Source: a bacterium (GTDB lineage: Bacteria; Chloroflexota; Dormibacteria; Aeolococcales; Aeolococcaceae). From it: 64,000 nt of DNA. Positions 29,429-38,612 of this stretch are shown here, piece by piece. How positions within the stretch are numbered: the stretch's first letter is position 1; each line of letters opens with the position of its first letter. The position numbers and the translations under genes were made by a program. The notes below the pieces were generated by a model. That model saw nothing but the letters and a program-made list of their open reading frames with translations. It was not told the DNA's origin and did not search any database. The DNA is taken from NCBI GenBank assembly GCA_021803465.1, contig JAJZLL010000049.1, forward strand, positions 33,675 to 97,674, in the 5' to 3' direction.

Positions 29429-31594
29429 ATGAACGGGGTGCAGACCCCACCAACGTCCGACCCGCGACAGACGGACACGGTGGTTCGTTCGGTGAATCGG
29501 AGCACTCACATCCCCATGAGGGAGGTGATCTCTGCCGCAGAACTGGAATCGGAACAGGAAGACGCGAAGAAGAGGCTACGGGAGGTACAGCCGAAACGGT
29601 CAGACATAGGCATTGACCGTGACGACGTTACCGATGTGCTTCTTGCGACGGCTGAGCCTGAGGGCGGAAACCACGTACTTCTGTACGGACCCCGCGGAAC
29701 TGGGAAAACAACGAGTGCAGCACGTGCCCGCTTTCTCTCTCCGGATGAAACACCTCAGCCCGTGTATTCCATCACGCTCACAAGCGAACAGTCAGCAGCA
29801 TCGCTTTGGGGACACTGGATGCCCAAGGGCGACCAGTTTGTCTGGAATGATGGACCGATGCTTCGTGCCTGGAAGGAGGGAGCGCTTCTCGTCATCAACG
29901 AGATCGACCATGCTTCAGAGGACGTGCAGAACGTTCTCCATGTCCTCCTCGATGATCCCGAGGTCGCCCAGTTCACACTCCCCACAGGCGAGACTGTCCG
30001 TCCGGGAAAGGGTTTCCGCTGCATTGCCACAATGAACGGATTTCCTGAGGACATTGCAGAGCCCGTGCTCGACAGGTTCAGCCTCACAGTGGATGTGGAC
30101 CGTCCCAGCACAGAGATGATTGAGGCACTGCCAGAGGATCTCCGCGAGGAGGCACGCTGGCAGTACAAGCATGTCGATGATGAGCGTGGGGAGCCTGCAG
30201 TCACGTACAGGCAGCTCGAAATGTTCGCTTCCCTCAGGAAGACGCTGTCAGCAGAGACTGCTGCTGCGCTCGTATTCGGATATGACAAGTCCCGGGCCTC
30301 TCAGCTTGTGAAGGCTTCAGCCTCAGCTGCGCAGCATTTCCAGTGGGAACGCCAGTTCTCCGATCCCGAGGCATTCAATGCCCTGGAGCGTGAATGGGAG
30401 AAGCGCCATGCAGCACGCCAGGACGCTCTCGACAGGGAACTCCAGACAATTACTGCACGATATCCCAGTCCACCGGAACCAGTTCCTGTCACACCTGACC
30501 TGCCAGTGCGGCCAAAGGACTCCATTTTCCATCGGGGAGAAATTGCTGCATGGGAAGAGGCCTGTGAGCGCATCAGGAGTGAGGCCGACCACACGTACCG
30601 CACAGCACTGGACGCATGGTATGCGGACTCGAGCCGTATCGAGCGGACCCGGAGAGAGCTCGTCCGTCCCCTTCGTGAACACTTCTCCACGGAGGAGGAG
30701 GCTGACCCTCAGCCAATGAAAGCCAAGGAGCCGAAGCTGCACCATGTGAAGCAGGAGACGGAAGATCTCTCGGAGGCAGCACTCGCACCGGTTGCCAGGG
30801 ATGAACTGGGAAACTTCCTCAAAACATGCGCGCAGCCCGAAGGTGGAATGCATGCGCTCCTGTTTGGACCTCCCGGAACGGGGAAAACCTCGGCCGCAGT
30901 TGCTGCTGCTCTCACAGGCTCCACAGGATCCCAGCCCGTGTACTCTGTGACGCTCACGAGCGAACAGTCAGCAGCATCTCTCTGGGGCCACTGGGTGCCC
31001 AAAGGCGACAGCTTTGTGTGGAATGACGGTCCCTTCCTCATGGCCTGGAGGGAAGGAGCGCTTCTAGTTGTCAATGAGCTGAACCATGCGTCAGAGGATG
31101 TGAGCAACATGCTCCATGTGCTTCTTGACAATCCGGAGGTTGCCCAGGTGACTCTTCCAACCGGGGAAACTGTGAGGCCACAACAAGGATTCCGGTGCAT
31201 TGCAACAATGAATGGCACCATCGATGATGATGTTGCACCCGCAGTCCTTGACCGGTTCTCCATCATTTCACCTGTCATTGAGCCAAGCACTGCAATGATT
31301 GATGCACTTCCGGAACACCTGCGCGCCTTTGCCCGATACCTTTACTCCGACAAGAACCATGACCGTCTGGATGATGGATCTCCTGCAATCACCTATCGCA
31401 CCCTAAGCAAGTTTGGAGAACTTCTCGAGGACATCCCTGAGCCATTCGCAGCAAGCGTTGCAACCCATGGGGATCTCCAGCGAGCCCAGAGTCTCCTTGA
31501 AGCATCGGTGGGGGGACGGGCAAAGCTCATGGAGCAGAAGGGCAAGCAGTCCCCGGCAGCATCGGCTCCTTCCCAGCATGCGGAAGTGGAATAG
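29429..31594 (+). CDS. Tandem double-AAA+ ATPase of the MoxR/AAA_5 (dynein/midasin-related) type
   Basis: Two Walker A loops (LLYGPRGTGKTT, LLFGPPGTGKTS). Each is followed by LLV(I/V)NE(I/L)(D/N)HA, then CIATMNG and DRFS sensor regions. Start uncertain (track ORF begins 29261; candidates 29429, 29516). Confidence 0.8.
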   Translation: MNGVQTPPTSDPRQTDTVVRSVNRSTHIPMREVISAAELESEQEDAKKRLREVQPKRSDIGIDRDDVTDVLLATAEPEGGNHVLLYGPRGTGKTTSAARARFLSPDETPQPVYSITLTSEQSAASLWGHWMPKGDQFVWNDGPMLRAWKEGALLVINEIDHASEDVQNVLHVLLDDPEVAQFTLPTGETVRPGKGFRCIATMNGFPEDIAEPVLDRFSLTVDVDRPSTEMIEALPEDLREEARWQYKHVDDERGEPAVTYRQLEMFASLRKTLSAETAAALVFGYDKSRASQLVKASASAAQHFQWERQFSDPEAFNALEREWEKRHAARQDALDRELQTITARYPSPPEPVPVTPDLPVRPKDSIFHRGEIAAWEEACERIRSEADHTYRTALDAWYADSSRIERTRRELVRPLREHFSTEEEADPQPMKAKEPKLHHVKQETEDLSEAALAPVARDELGNFLKTCAQPEGGMHALLFGPPGTGKTSAAVAAALTGSTGSQPVYSVTLTSEQSAASLWGHWVPKGDSFVWNDGPFLMAWREGALLVVNELNHASEDVSNMLHVLLDNPEVAQVTLPTGETVRPQQGFRCIATMNGTIDDDVAPAVLDRFSIISPVIEPSTAMIDALPEHLRAFARYLYSDKNHDRLDDGSPAITYRTLSKFGELLEDIPEPFAASVATHGDLQRAQSLLEASVGGRAKLMEQKGKQSPAASAPSQHAEVE
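29636..30145 (+). repeat. Intragenic direct repeat copy 1 (AAA module 1, ~510 bp)
   Basis: ~80% nucleotide and ~75% amino-acid identity with 30812..31321. Confidence 0.8.
30812..31321 (+). repeat. Intragenic direct repeat copy 2 (AAA module 2)
   Basis: Copy of the 29636..30145 module; cagcccgtgt... begins both cores. Confidence 0.8.
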
Positions 31595-31605
31595 GAGGAT
31601 ATGTG

Positions 31606-33480
31606 ATGGCACAGACCTCTCACCGCAATGAACTTGGATACCTGGTGGATGGCTGGTCCCCTTCCGACAAACCATGGAAAGTGTCTCCCTCGGGAAACGG
31701 AGAGGGAGCGACCGATGCTGCAGCAAAGACTGCTGTCGTTCCACAGGCGGACAGCGCAGCACGACGTGCAGTCCGTCTGCACGAGGCCATCCATGCTGCA
31801 GTTGGTGAACAGCAGTTCCATTCTCCCTGGGAGAAGGCGCTCGAGGAGATGCGCGTTGATGCCATTGCCCATGGCCAGGGAGTGGACACGTCCCGACGGC
31901 TCGATGAGTATGATCTCTCGAGGCGTACTGTTCCCACTGTCCACGAGGACGCTGCACGCGTCTGGCTCCAGCTTGCGAGTGCTGCCTGCACTCCTGAGAG
32001 CCTCGCGAACGGCGCACCTGCTTTCCGTCCAGACATTCCTGGGGATCTGGAGAAGCTGACTGAGCGCGTGTTCGAGACGCTCTCTCCTGAGGAGAAGCGG
32101 GCAGTGACTGCTGCAGCTGAAACGCTCTACCATTCCCCAGCAGCCTCCACCCGTGATGTGCTGGCACGATCCCTGACGAGAAGATTCTCCGGCATGTCCA
32201 CAGGCGATCCGTCTCTTTCCCAGAACGGAAACGGGAAAGACGGACAGCCGGATGCTGGCTCACCGGGACAGCCTTCAACCTCAGGAAGCGAAAGGAATAC
32301 TCCTTCTGAATCCATGGCTCCGTCCCAGAACGCTTCAGCTGGTGAGGCACCATCTGAGGAGCAGACCAGCGCTTCCTCCGGCGAAGCCGGCTCTTCGGAG
32401 AACGTGGGAGTCGGCGAGCAGAATCCTGGAGCTTCCAGTGCTGAACAGCAATCCTCTTCAGGGGGAAGCGCCCCCACTCAGCCTTCACAAGGCGGAAGCA
32501 CAGGTGCCCTCCCTGCAACACCCAGCGACTCCATGGACAGTGGCAGCACCAAAGAGGCCAGTAGCCAGGACTCCGTCCAGAGTGGCTCTTCCAGCAGCGT
32601 TTCTGGAGAACGCACACGAGTCGAACCCCTCGGATGCACGGACGAGTCCACCCAGGAGGAAACCCAACAGCCAGATGGGTCGTGGAACACGTCCGGTCCC
32701 ATGCACATCCAGCATGCCAGTTCCCACCCACCGCAGGAGCTGCCCAAAAAGCTCTCCAATGGAAAGCGCGAGCATGATGGGCCACGGTCAACTGGCTCCG
32801 CTGGGAGTTCCACCCACTCCATAGGGCGACTTGTCATCGATGAGCATACGAACAGGAGCCACTCCGCCATCCCCATCACCCAGCCTGCAGGAGCAACGGA
32901 CACAGGACAGATCCCGGAGGTGATGGAGCGGTGGGCTGAGGACAAGCAGGTGTTCCGCACACGGCGTGGAGGGGGAACAATCCTCATCGACTGCTCTGGC
33001 TCGATGTCGTGGGACTGGGATGAGCTCAAGAAGGCAATCAAACGGTTTCCCACGCTTTGCATTGCCGTGTACAGTGGCCGCGACAGCAGTGGAAGACTCT
33101 GCATCATTGGCAAGGATGGCCGCTGGGCGGATTTCGATCCATCCCATATGAGCGGCGGCAACGAGGTTGACCTGGAAGCGCTCACCTGGCTCAGCTCCCA
33201 GAAGGGACCTCGGGTATGGCTGTCTGATGGATGCATATGCGGAGGACGGGTGGGAGCGCTCGGACTTGATGCTGCAGCCCGGGAGGCGCGGTCTCTTGCA
33301 GTCCATGCGAAAGTCATCCGGGCTGGGTCCATCGACGCGGCTCTTGGCGTCCTCCGTGTCCACGGCATGCGTGCTGTCAAGGGATCGTTCAATGCGCATT
33401 CGCCAGAATTCATTCCGAGCAGCTGGATTGAGTCGCGGTCCTACCGGCCGTACCGGTCCTCATATGGCATGGGCTTCTAA
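31606..33480 (+). CDS. vWA-domain protein with HExxH N-domain and long acidic S/G/Q/E-rich disordered linker; translationally coupled partner of the tandem AAA+ ATPase
   Basis: MIDAS motif ILIDCSGSMS near residue 470. HEAIH at residues ~60-64. Roughly 200 aa of low-complexity SGSERNTPSESMAPSQNASAGEAPSEEQTSASSGE.... AGGAGG RBS overlaps the upstream stop, 7 nt before ATG 31606. Confidence 0.8.
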   Translation: MAQTSHRNELGYLVDGWSPSDKPWKVSPSGNGEGATDAAAKTAVVPQADSAARRAVRLHEAIHAAVGEQQFHSPWEKALEEMRVDAIAHGQGVDTSRRLDEYDLSRRTVPTVHEDAARVWLQLASAACTPESLANGAPAFRPDIPGDLEKLTERVFETLSPEEKRAVTAAAETLYHSPAASTRDVLARSLTRRFSGMSTGDPSLSQNGNGKDGQPDAGSPGQPSTSGSERNTPSESMAPSQNASAGEAPSEEQTSASSGEAGSSENVGVGEQNPGASSAEQQSSSGGSAPTQPSQGGSTGALPATPSDSMDSGSTKEASSQDSVQSGSSSSVSGERTRVEPLGCTDESTQEETQQPDGSWNTSGPMHIQHASSHPPQELPKKLSNGKREHDGPRSTGSAGSSTHSIGRLVIDEHTNRSHSAIPITQPAGATDTGQIPEVMERWAEDKQVFRTRRGGGTILIDCSGSMSWDWDELKKAIKRFPTLCIAVYSGRDSSGRLCIIGKDGRWADFDPSHMSGGNEVDLEALTWLSSQKGPRVWLSDGCICGGRVGALGLDAAAREARSLAVHAKVIRAGSIDAALGVLRVHGMRAVKGSFNAHSPEFIPSSWIESRSYRPYRSSYGMGF

Positions 33481-33619
33481 GGCAGGACGGGATGGACACG
33501 TGATACACTGCACTTCGTTGTGAGGAGGATCCGGCCTGCGATCGGACGACTCCTTCCACCCGTGTACTGGGCGTCCTGCACACATTTCTGCCACCCGCAC
33601 GAGACAATTGTCAGCAAAG

Positions 33620-33639
33620 TTATCCACTTCCTGTGGATA
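33620..33639. promoter_or_regulatory. Pair of inverted DnaA boxes (TTATCCAC / TGTGGATA) in the dnaA promoter region
   Basis: agttatccacttcctgtggatagg, about 75 bp upstream of the dnaA ATG. Confidence 0.7.
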
Positions 33640-33711
33640 GGTTGGGGATAACTACGGTAGAATGCACGAAATGCGGGGGCTCTCCCCTCGCACATACAGC
33701 AGTGGACAGGC

Positions 33712-35127
33712 ATGGATGAAGTCACACGAGAACTCGACGGGGAAGTAACCTTTGATCCCCACCGGGTCTGGGAGATCGCACAGGAAGAGCTCAAATTCCA
33801 GTTGACGCGTCCCGGATACGAGACCTGGCTTGCGAACGCGAAGCTCGTCAATGCGGAAGGCGCTACCTACACGATCGGCGTTCCCACAAAGCTCGCACGT
33901 GACTGGCTCACAGAGCGGTATGCGCCACTCATCAAGGAGACTCTCGCAGGCATCCTTTCGAAGGAGTGCGACCTCGTCATCACTGTTGTCGACACTCCCG
34001 AGGCCCTTCCCATTCCCGATGATCCGCCAGTGCGGGAAGCTGAGGAGTTTTCCGCCTCCACATACGGCTCCCAGTTCGAAGATGACTCCAACGATGCAGT
34101 CATCAACCCAAACTTCACCTTTTCAACATTCGTTGTTGGCAACAGCAGCAGGTTCGCCCATGCAGCGTGCCTGGCTGTCGCGGAAGCTCCAGGGAAGGCG
34201 TACAATCCGCTCTTCATCTACGGCGGTGTGGGTCTGGGGAAAACACACCTCATGCACGCCATAGGAAACGCTGTGCGTGCGAAGACACGCCGTCCACCAA
34301 AAGTCGTGTATGTGACTTCAGAAAAGTTCACCAATGAGATGGTGCTTGCCATCCAGCAGGCCAAGACGAACGAGTTCCGGCAGAAGTACCGGTCCGTCGA
34401 TGTCCTCCTCATTGACGACATCCAGTTTCTTGCAGGCAAGGACCGAACCCAGGAGGAGTTCTTCCATACGTTCAATGCCCTTTACGAGGTTAGCAAGCAG
34501 GTCGTAGTCTCAAGCGACCGTCCACCGAAGGACATCCCCACGCTCGAAGACCGCCTCCGCAGCAGGTTCGAGGGTGGCCTCATCGCTGACATCAAGCCAC
34601 CGGACTTTGAAACCCGTCTCGCAATCCTCCACAGCAAACTCGGTGCGAAATCGTGGCTTGTGAGTGAAGAAGTGTGCGCATTCATGGCCCACCGCATCCA
34701 GAAGAACATCCGTGAACTCGAAGGTGCCCTCATCCGCGTTCTGGCGCATGCATCAATCAATCAGCGTCCTGTCTCCCTTGAGGAGGCACAGAGCATTCTT
34801 GCGGACATCATTCCCGATGCCACGCCCCTTTCCTCACTCAGCATTTCCGCCATCCAGCTCAATGTGGCTACGTACTTCGGCATTTCGCTTGAGGAAATGA
34901 ACGGGAAACGCCGTGACAAGCAGTTCGTCCTCCCACGACAGGTGGCGATGTACCTCTGCAGGGAAGAGACCGATGCATCCCTTCCCGCAATAGGAGCAGC
35001 ATTTGGCGGAAGGGACCATACGACTGTCCTCCATGCGATTGAGAAGATATCGGAACTCATGGGCGAGGATGAACGACTTGCATCGGATCTCGTCGCTCTT
35101 CAGACGCTTCTCCAGAACACACAGTGA
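33712..35127 (+). CDS. dnaA: Chromosomal replication initiator DnaA
   Basis: AAA+ Walker A GGVGLGKTHL, Walker B VDVLLIDDIQF, C-terminal DNA-binding signature (VAMYLCREETDASLPAIGAAFGGRDHTTVLHA). Confidence 0.95.
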   Translation: MDEVTRELDGEVTFDPHRVWEIAQEELKFQLTRPGYETWLANAKLVNAEGATYTIGVPTKLARDWLTERYAPLIKETLAGILSKECDLVITVVDTPEALPIPDDPPVREAEEFSASTYGSQFEDDSNDAVINPNFTFSTFVVGNSSRFAHAACLAVAEAPGKAYNPLFIYGGVGLGKTHLMHAIGNAVRAKTRRPPKVVYVTSEKFTNEMVLAIQQAKTNEFRQKYRSVDVLLIDDIQFLAGKDRTQEEFFHTFNALYEVSKQVVVSSDRPPKDIPTLEDRLRSRFEGGLIADIKPPDFETRLAILHSKLGAKSWLVSEEVCAFMAHRIQKNIRELEGALIRVLAHASINQRPVSLEEAQSILADIIPDATPLSSLSISAIQLNVATYFGISLEEMNGKRRDKQFVLPRQVAMYLCREETDASLPAIGAAFGGRDHTTVLHAIEKISELMGEDERLASDLVALQTLLQNTQ

Positions 35128-35383
35128 TGAGGGATAAACCTGTGGATGAAACTGCTCAGCCGGTGTGGAAACTGTGGACAGCGTGCACCCCTGTCACCTG
35201 CCTGTGGACAAACCGGCCAGATATGCACAGCGCCCCAACGTCAAAACCTGTTGTGCTAACACGCTTTTTTGAGTTATCCCCAGAATCCCCAGCTTATACT
35301 ACTGCATCTATTTGATATATCAGTTCATGGTTACTATTAATGTGTGTGCATAATTCCAACATCAGGCACGAAGGATGGTTGAT
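35128..35383. promoter_or_regulatory. oriC: Candidate oriC: DnaA-box cluster plus AT-rich unwinding element between dnaA and dnaN
   Basis: tgtggatga, tgtggaaac, tgtggacag, tgtggacaa and ttatcccca 9-mers, then the AT-rich run cttatactactgcatctatttgatatatcagttcatggttactattaatgtgtgtgcataattcc (~35293-35362). Confidence 0.75.
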
Positions 35384-36526
35384 ATGAAGTGTACGTTTCT
35401 TCCCTCACAGCTCAGCCAGGGCCTGTCCCTAGTCCAGCGGGCTGTTTCGCAGCGCTCCACCCTTCCTGTTCTGGGAAATGTGCTTATTGAGACTGTTCCT
35501 GGAGGTCTCAGACTTTCTGCAACAAACCTTGACCTCGCCATTGTCGACACTGTTCCTGCAGAAGTCGCAAAGGAGGGCAAGACGTCTGTCCCCGCAAAGC
35601 TGCTTGCGGACTACGTTGGATCCCTTCTTGAAGTTCCCTGCACCATGGAGCTCGACCCGCAGGGCCGTGTGCTCAACCTGACGTGCGGACTCCACAAGAC
35701 GAAACTTCATGTCATCGATCCTGCGGAATTCCCACCGCTTCCTGTTGCGGAGGGGGGGACATCCGTCATCGTTGATGGGAAGACGTTCGCGGCAGGCGTT
35801 GCCCAGACCGTCATTGCTGCAAGCAGCGATGAGACGGAACGCGTGTATACGGGCGTGCGGATCAAGGTGGATCCTTCAGCCCAGACAGTGACCCTCGCAG
35901 CCACGGACAGGCACCGTCTTGCCCTGAAAACGCTGCCTGCAAAGGAAATCCCTGATGGTGATGAGCAGCTCATAGCCATCGTTCCCGCCAAGCATCTGCA
36001 GGAAGTGGCAAGGGCAGTGAACGAGGCAAGGAAGGAAGTGGCCATCGCTCTTGGTGGCACGACCTCATTTGTGACATTCACGGTTGGGGATGTTGTGGTG
36101 ACAACGCGCACCATTGAGGGAAGATATCCCAAAGTTGAACAGGCCATCCCTGATGCTGCGGGGACAACGGTCGTGCTTCCAACTGCGGATCTGCGTCGGG
36201 AAGCAAAGACTGCATCCATCCTGGCCCGTGAGGAGTCGAATCCTGTGCGGATGTCCATAACCAGCGGAACGGTCGTGCTCACAGCGTGGTCGTCGGATGT
36301 CGGAGATGATGAAGTGCCCATACCTGCGGATGTCACAGGAGAGGGACTGGAGATTTCATTCAACTCAGGGTACTTCCTTGCTGCTCTGGAAGCGCTTGAC
36401 AGCGATACCGTCCACATGTCGTTCAACAAGGCTGAAGAACCTGGAACAATCCGTCCCCATGGACGGGAGGATTACGTTTACCTCCTCATGCCTGTCCTTC
36501 ATCCCTCTCTTCGGCCTTCCCTCTAG
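35384..36526 (+). CDS. dnaN: DNA polymerase III beta sliding clamp
   Basis: MKCTFLPSQLSQGLSLVQRAVSQRSTLPVLGNVLIE is typical DnaN. RBS aagga before ATG 35384 (track start 35375). Confidence 0.95.
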   Translation: MKCTFLPSQLSQGLSLVQRAVSQRSTLPVLGNVLIETVPGGLRLSATNLDLAIVDTVPAEVAKEGKTSVPAKLLADYVGSLLEVPCTMELDPQGRVLNLTCGLHKTKLHVIDPAEFPPLPVAEGGTSVIVDGKTFAAGVAQTVIAASSDETERVYTGVRIKVDPSAQTVTLAATDRHRLALKTLPAKEIPDGDEQLIAIVPAKHLQEVARAVNEARKEVAIALGGTTSFVTFTVGDVVVTTRTIEGRYPKVEQAIPDAAGTTVVLPTADLRREAKTASILAREESNPVRMSITSGTVVLTAWSSDVGDDEVPIPADVTGEGLEISFNSGYFLAALEALDSDTVHMSFNKAEEPGTIRPHGREDYVYLLMPVLHPSLRPSL

Positions 36527-36583
36527 AGACGCTGTGAACCACATGTTCATGGAAGCGCGCACACATGTGCGCACTGGCAGACA

Positions 36584-37201
36584 GTGAGGTCTCAGCAGAC
36601 GCTCAGCGAGCCTGACAGGCGTCTTGTCGCTCATTGGGAAGCGGACTGCGCAGAGGGGGTTCTGGAACTGTTCGAGGAGGAATGCCCAACGGATACGCGG
36701 CCCCGTGCTCTCATAGAACGTGCCCGTGCGTTCGCAGGAGGAGAACTGGCTGCAGGGGATGCCATCCGCCAGCGGTTTGTCGGTGGTGTTTGCACGAATG
36801 AAGCGATGAGCGAAGCCGCCAGGGCAGCAGTCTGTCACATGGGAGCGCATGGATTGGGAGCAGCAGCGTATGCAGCAGTGGCAGTTGGCCTGGCTGCATT
36901 TGACGTTCCCGAAGCTGCAGGGAACGAGATTCGGTGGCATGTTTCCCACATGTCTGAAGCAGTGCAATGCGCTCTCAGCACGCTCCCGCCAGTGGGTGTG
37001 GACAGCTCTGGTCCCCTTGGCCCAGGACTTCTCTCTCGAGGGAAGCTCCTGGAAAACGTTCGTGAGCTCCAGCTCTCTCTTGCCCAGAGCAATTCACCCG
37101 GGAATGAGCGCAGTGGACTAGGATTCGCAGGAGAGGGATGGTTTCTGGGAAGCCAACAGCTACTGGCGGACCCGGAATGTGCTGATAGTGCCCTCGCCTA
37201 G
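36584..37201 (+). CDS. Hypothetical Ala-rich protein
   Basis: 205-aa ORF with reasonable composition. Overlaps the convergent DUF721 gene 3' end by ~40 nt. No motif recognised. Confidence 0.4.
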   Translation: MRSQQTLSEPDRRLVAHWEADCAEGVLELFEEECPTDTRPRALIERARAFAGGELAAGDAIRQRFVGGVCTNEAMSEAARAAVCHMGAHGLGAAAYAAVAVGLAAFDVPEAAGNEIRWHVSHMSEAVQCALSTLPPVGVDSSGPLGPGLLSRGKLLENVRELQLSLAQSNSPGNERSGLGFAGEGWFLGSQQLLADPECADSALA

Positions 37202-37462
37202 CCGCGCATTGAGCGTGTCGATGATGCGCTGCTGGTCATAGTGGAGCTGTGTCGCGAAAGATGCATTCGCTACCTGGACATTAAGGTGGCCACTGCGAAA
37301 AGAGACGTGCGTGCAGAGCGCGAAGAGGTCTGGTCCAAGGAGATCCCGCAGGGACTCCTCAACACGCGCAGTCGTGACTGGAGTGTACACGCCAAGGGAC
37401 CTGAGAGAAGCGTTGAGAAGGTCTCCGATATGATTTTCCCGATGGTGTTCCTGATCAGTCAT
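37160..37462 (-). CDS. DUF721-family protein (actinobacterial recF-neighbour, DciA-like)
   Basis: ~100-aa protein MTDQEHHRENHIGDLLNASLRSLG... immediately downstream of recF, the conserved position of DUF721 (Rv0004-like). ATGA-type overlap with the recF stop. Confidence 0.65.
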   Translation of the reverse strand: MTDQEHHRENHIGDLLNASLRSLGVYTPVTTARVEESLRDLLGPDLFALCTHVSFRSGHLNVQVANASFATQLHYDQQRIIDTLNARLGEGTISTFRVRQ

Positions 37463-38612
37463 CCGTGCTGGAAACCTCCCCATTCCTGACTGTCAGGTGG
37501 TGATCGGGGCGTGCGAGGCGCAGAAGGTCGTCTGCAGCATCCGTGGCTGTAATGAGGATTTGGGACGTTGCTGGAGCGCGGAGTCGCTCAAGAAACCGCT
37601 CCTGGCGATCCGCATCGAGCTCACTGAGCACATCATCCAGGAGGAGAAGCGGAGGAGTTTCCGTATGGTTCCTGAGAAGGTCGACAGAGGAGAGGAGCAG
37701 TGCGAGGACAATGCTTCTCCGCTGCCCCTGGGAGGCAACTGACCGTGCTGGCCGGGAATGGATGGAAAGGAGCAGATCATCCCGATGCGGTCCAAAGCTT
37801 GTGGAACCAGCCGCAACATCCCGGGAAAGCCGCGCATGCATTTCCGAGAGGAACTGCTCACGGGTTGGGAATTGACCGCTTTCCCTTCCACATGGAGCGT
37901 AGCAGAGAGCTGTCACTTCCGCATCGGGTGTGAAGGCGGACAGGTGATCCGTGAAGGCCCCTGCGAGTTCGGAGATGACCCTCTGGCGGTGCGCCATCAC
38001 AGCGATGGCGGAAGCGATGCACATTTCAGTGAATGCAGGGAGCTCCATTCCATCGCTTGTGCCATCCCGCATGGCACGGAGAAGATGGTTCCTCTGGAGA
38101 AGAGACCGGGAATACCTGAGGAGATCGTTCCTGCCATCGCCAGGGAGCTGCGTGAGAACGATGTCTAGGAAACGGCGTCTCTCTTCAGGTCCACCGGAAA
38201 CGAGACTGAGGTGGTCTGGTGTGAAGAGGACTGTGGGAAGGCGGCCAATGAGGGCGCTTGCAGCTACACTCTCCCCATTGAGCAGGAGACGCTTCCGAGG
38301 CATTCCCTCGCGCGCATCAATCTCCACGATGCACTCATCGAGTCCACGTTCACCTGTATCCAGCACACCGCGGATGCGGGAATATGTGGCATCCCACTTC
38401 ATGGATTCCCGAAGAGAGGCTGAACGCGGGGATTTCGTGAGTCCAATGGTTGCAACAGCCTCAAGAATGTTCGTCTTTCCCTGTCCATTGGCTCCAGTGA
38501 TGAGTGTGATTCCTCGGGGAATGCTGAGCTGGAGCCGGTTCATGTTGCGGAAGGCGACGAGTTCAAGCTCCGTAAGGAGCGTATCAACTGTGGCTGGTGC
38601 GTTACGGTGCAT
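37455..38612 (-). CDS. recF: DNA replication and repair protein RecF
   Basis: Walker A GANGQGKTNILEA, SMC-like signature and D-loop at the C-terminus. Start MHRNAPATVDTLLTELELVAFRN. Confidence 0.9.
   Translation of the reverse strand: MHRNAPATVDTLLTELELVAFRNMNRLQLSIPRGITLITGANGQGKTNILEAVATIGLTKSPRSASLRESMKWDATYSRIRGVLDTGERGLDECIVEIDAREGMPRKRLLLNGESVAASALIGRLPTVLFTPDHLSLVSGGPEERRRFLDIVLTQLPGDGRNDLLRYSRSLLQRNHLLRAMRDGTSDGMELPAFTEMCIASAIAVMAHRQRVISELAGAFTDHLSAFTPDAEVTALCYAPCGRESGQFPTREQFLSEMHARLSRDVAAGSTSFGPHRDDLLLSIHSRPARSVASQGQRRSIVLALLLSSVDLLRNHTETPPLLLLDDVLSELDADRQERFLERLRAPATSQILITATDAADDLLRLARPDHHLTVRNGEVSSTDD

Noticed and set aside
31403-32791. 462-aa minus-strand ORF overlapping the AAA and vWA genes
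   Set aside because: Arg/Pro/Cys/Trp-rich, no motifs, and antisense to two genes with strong family signatures. Spurious long ORF.
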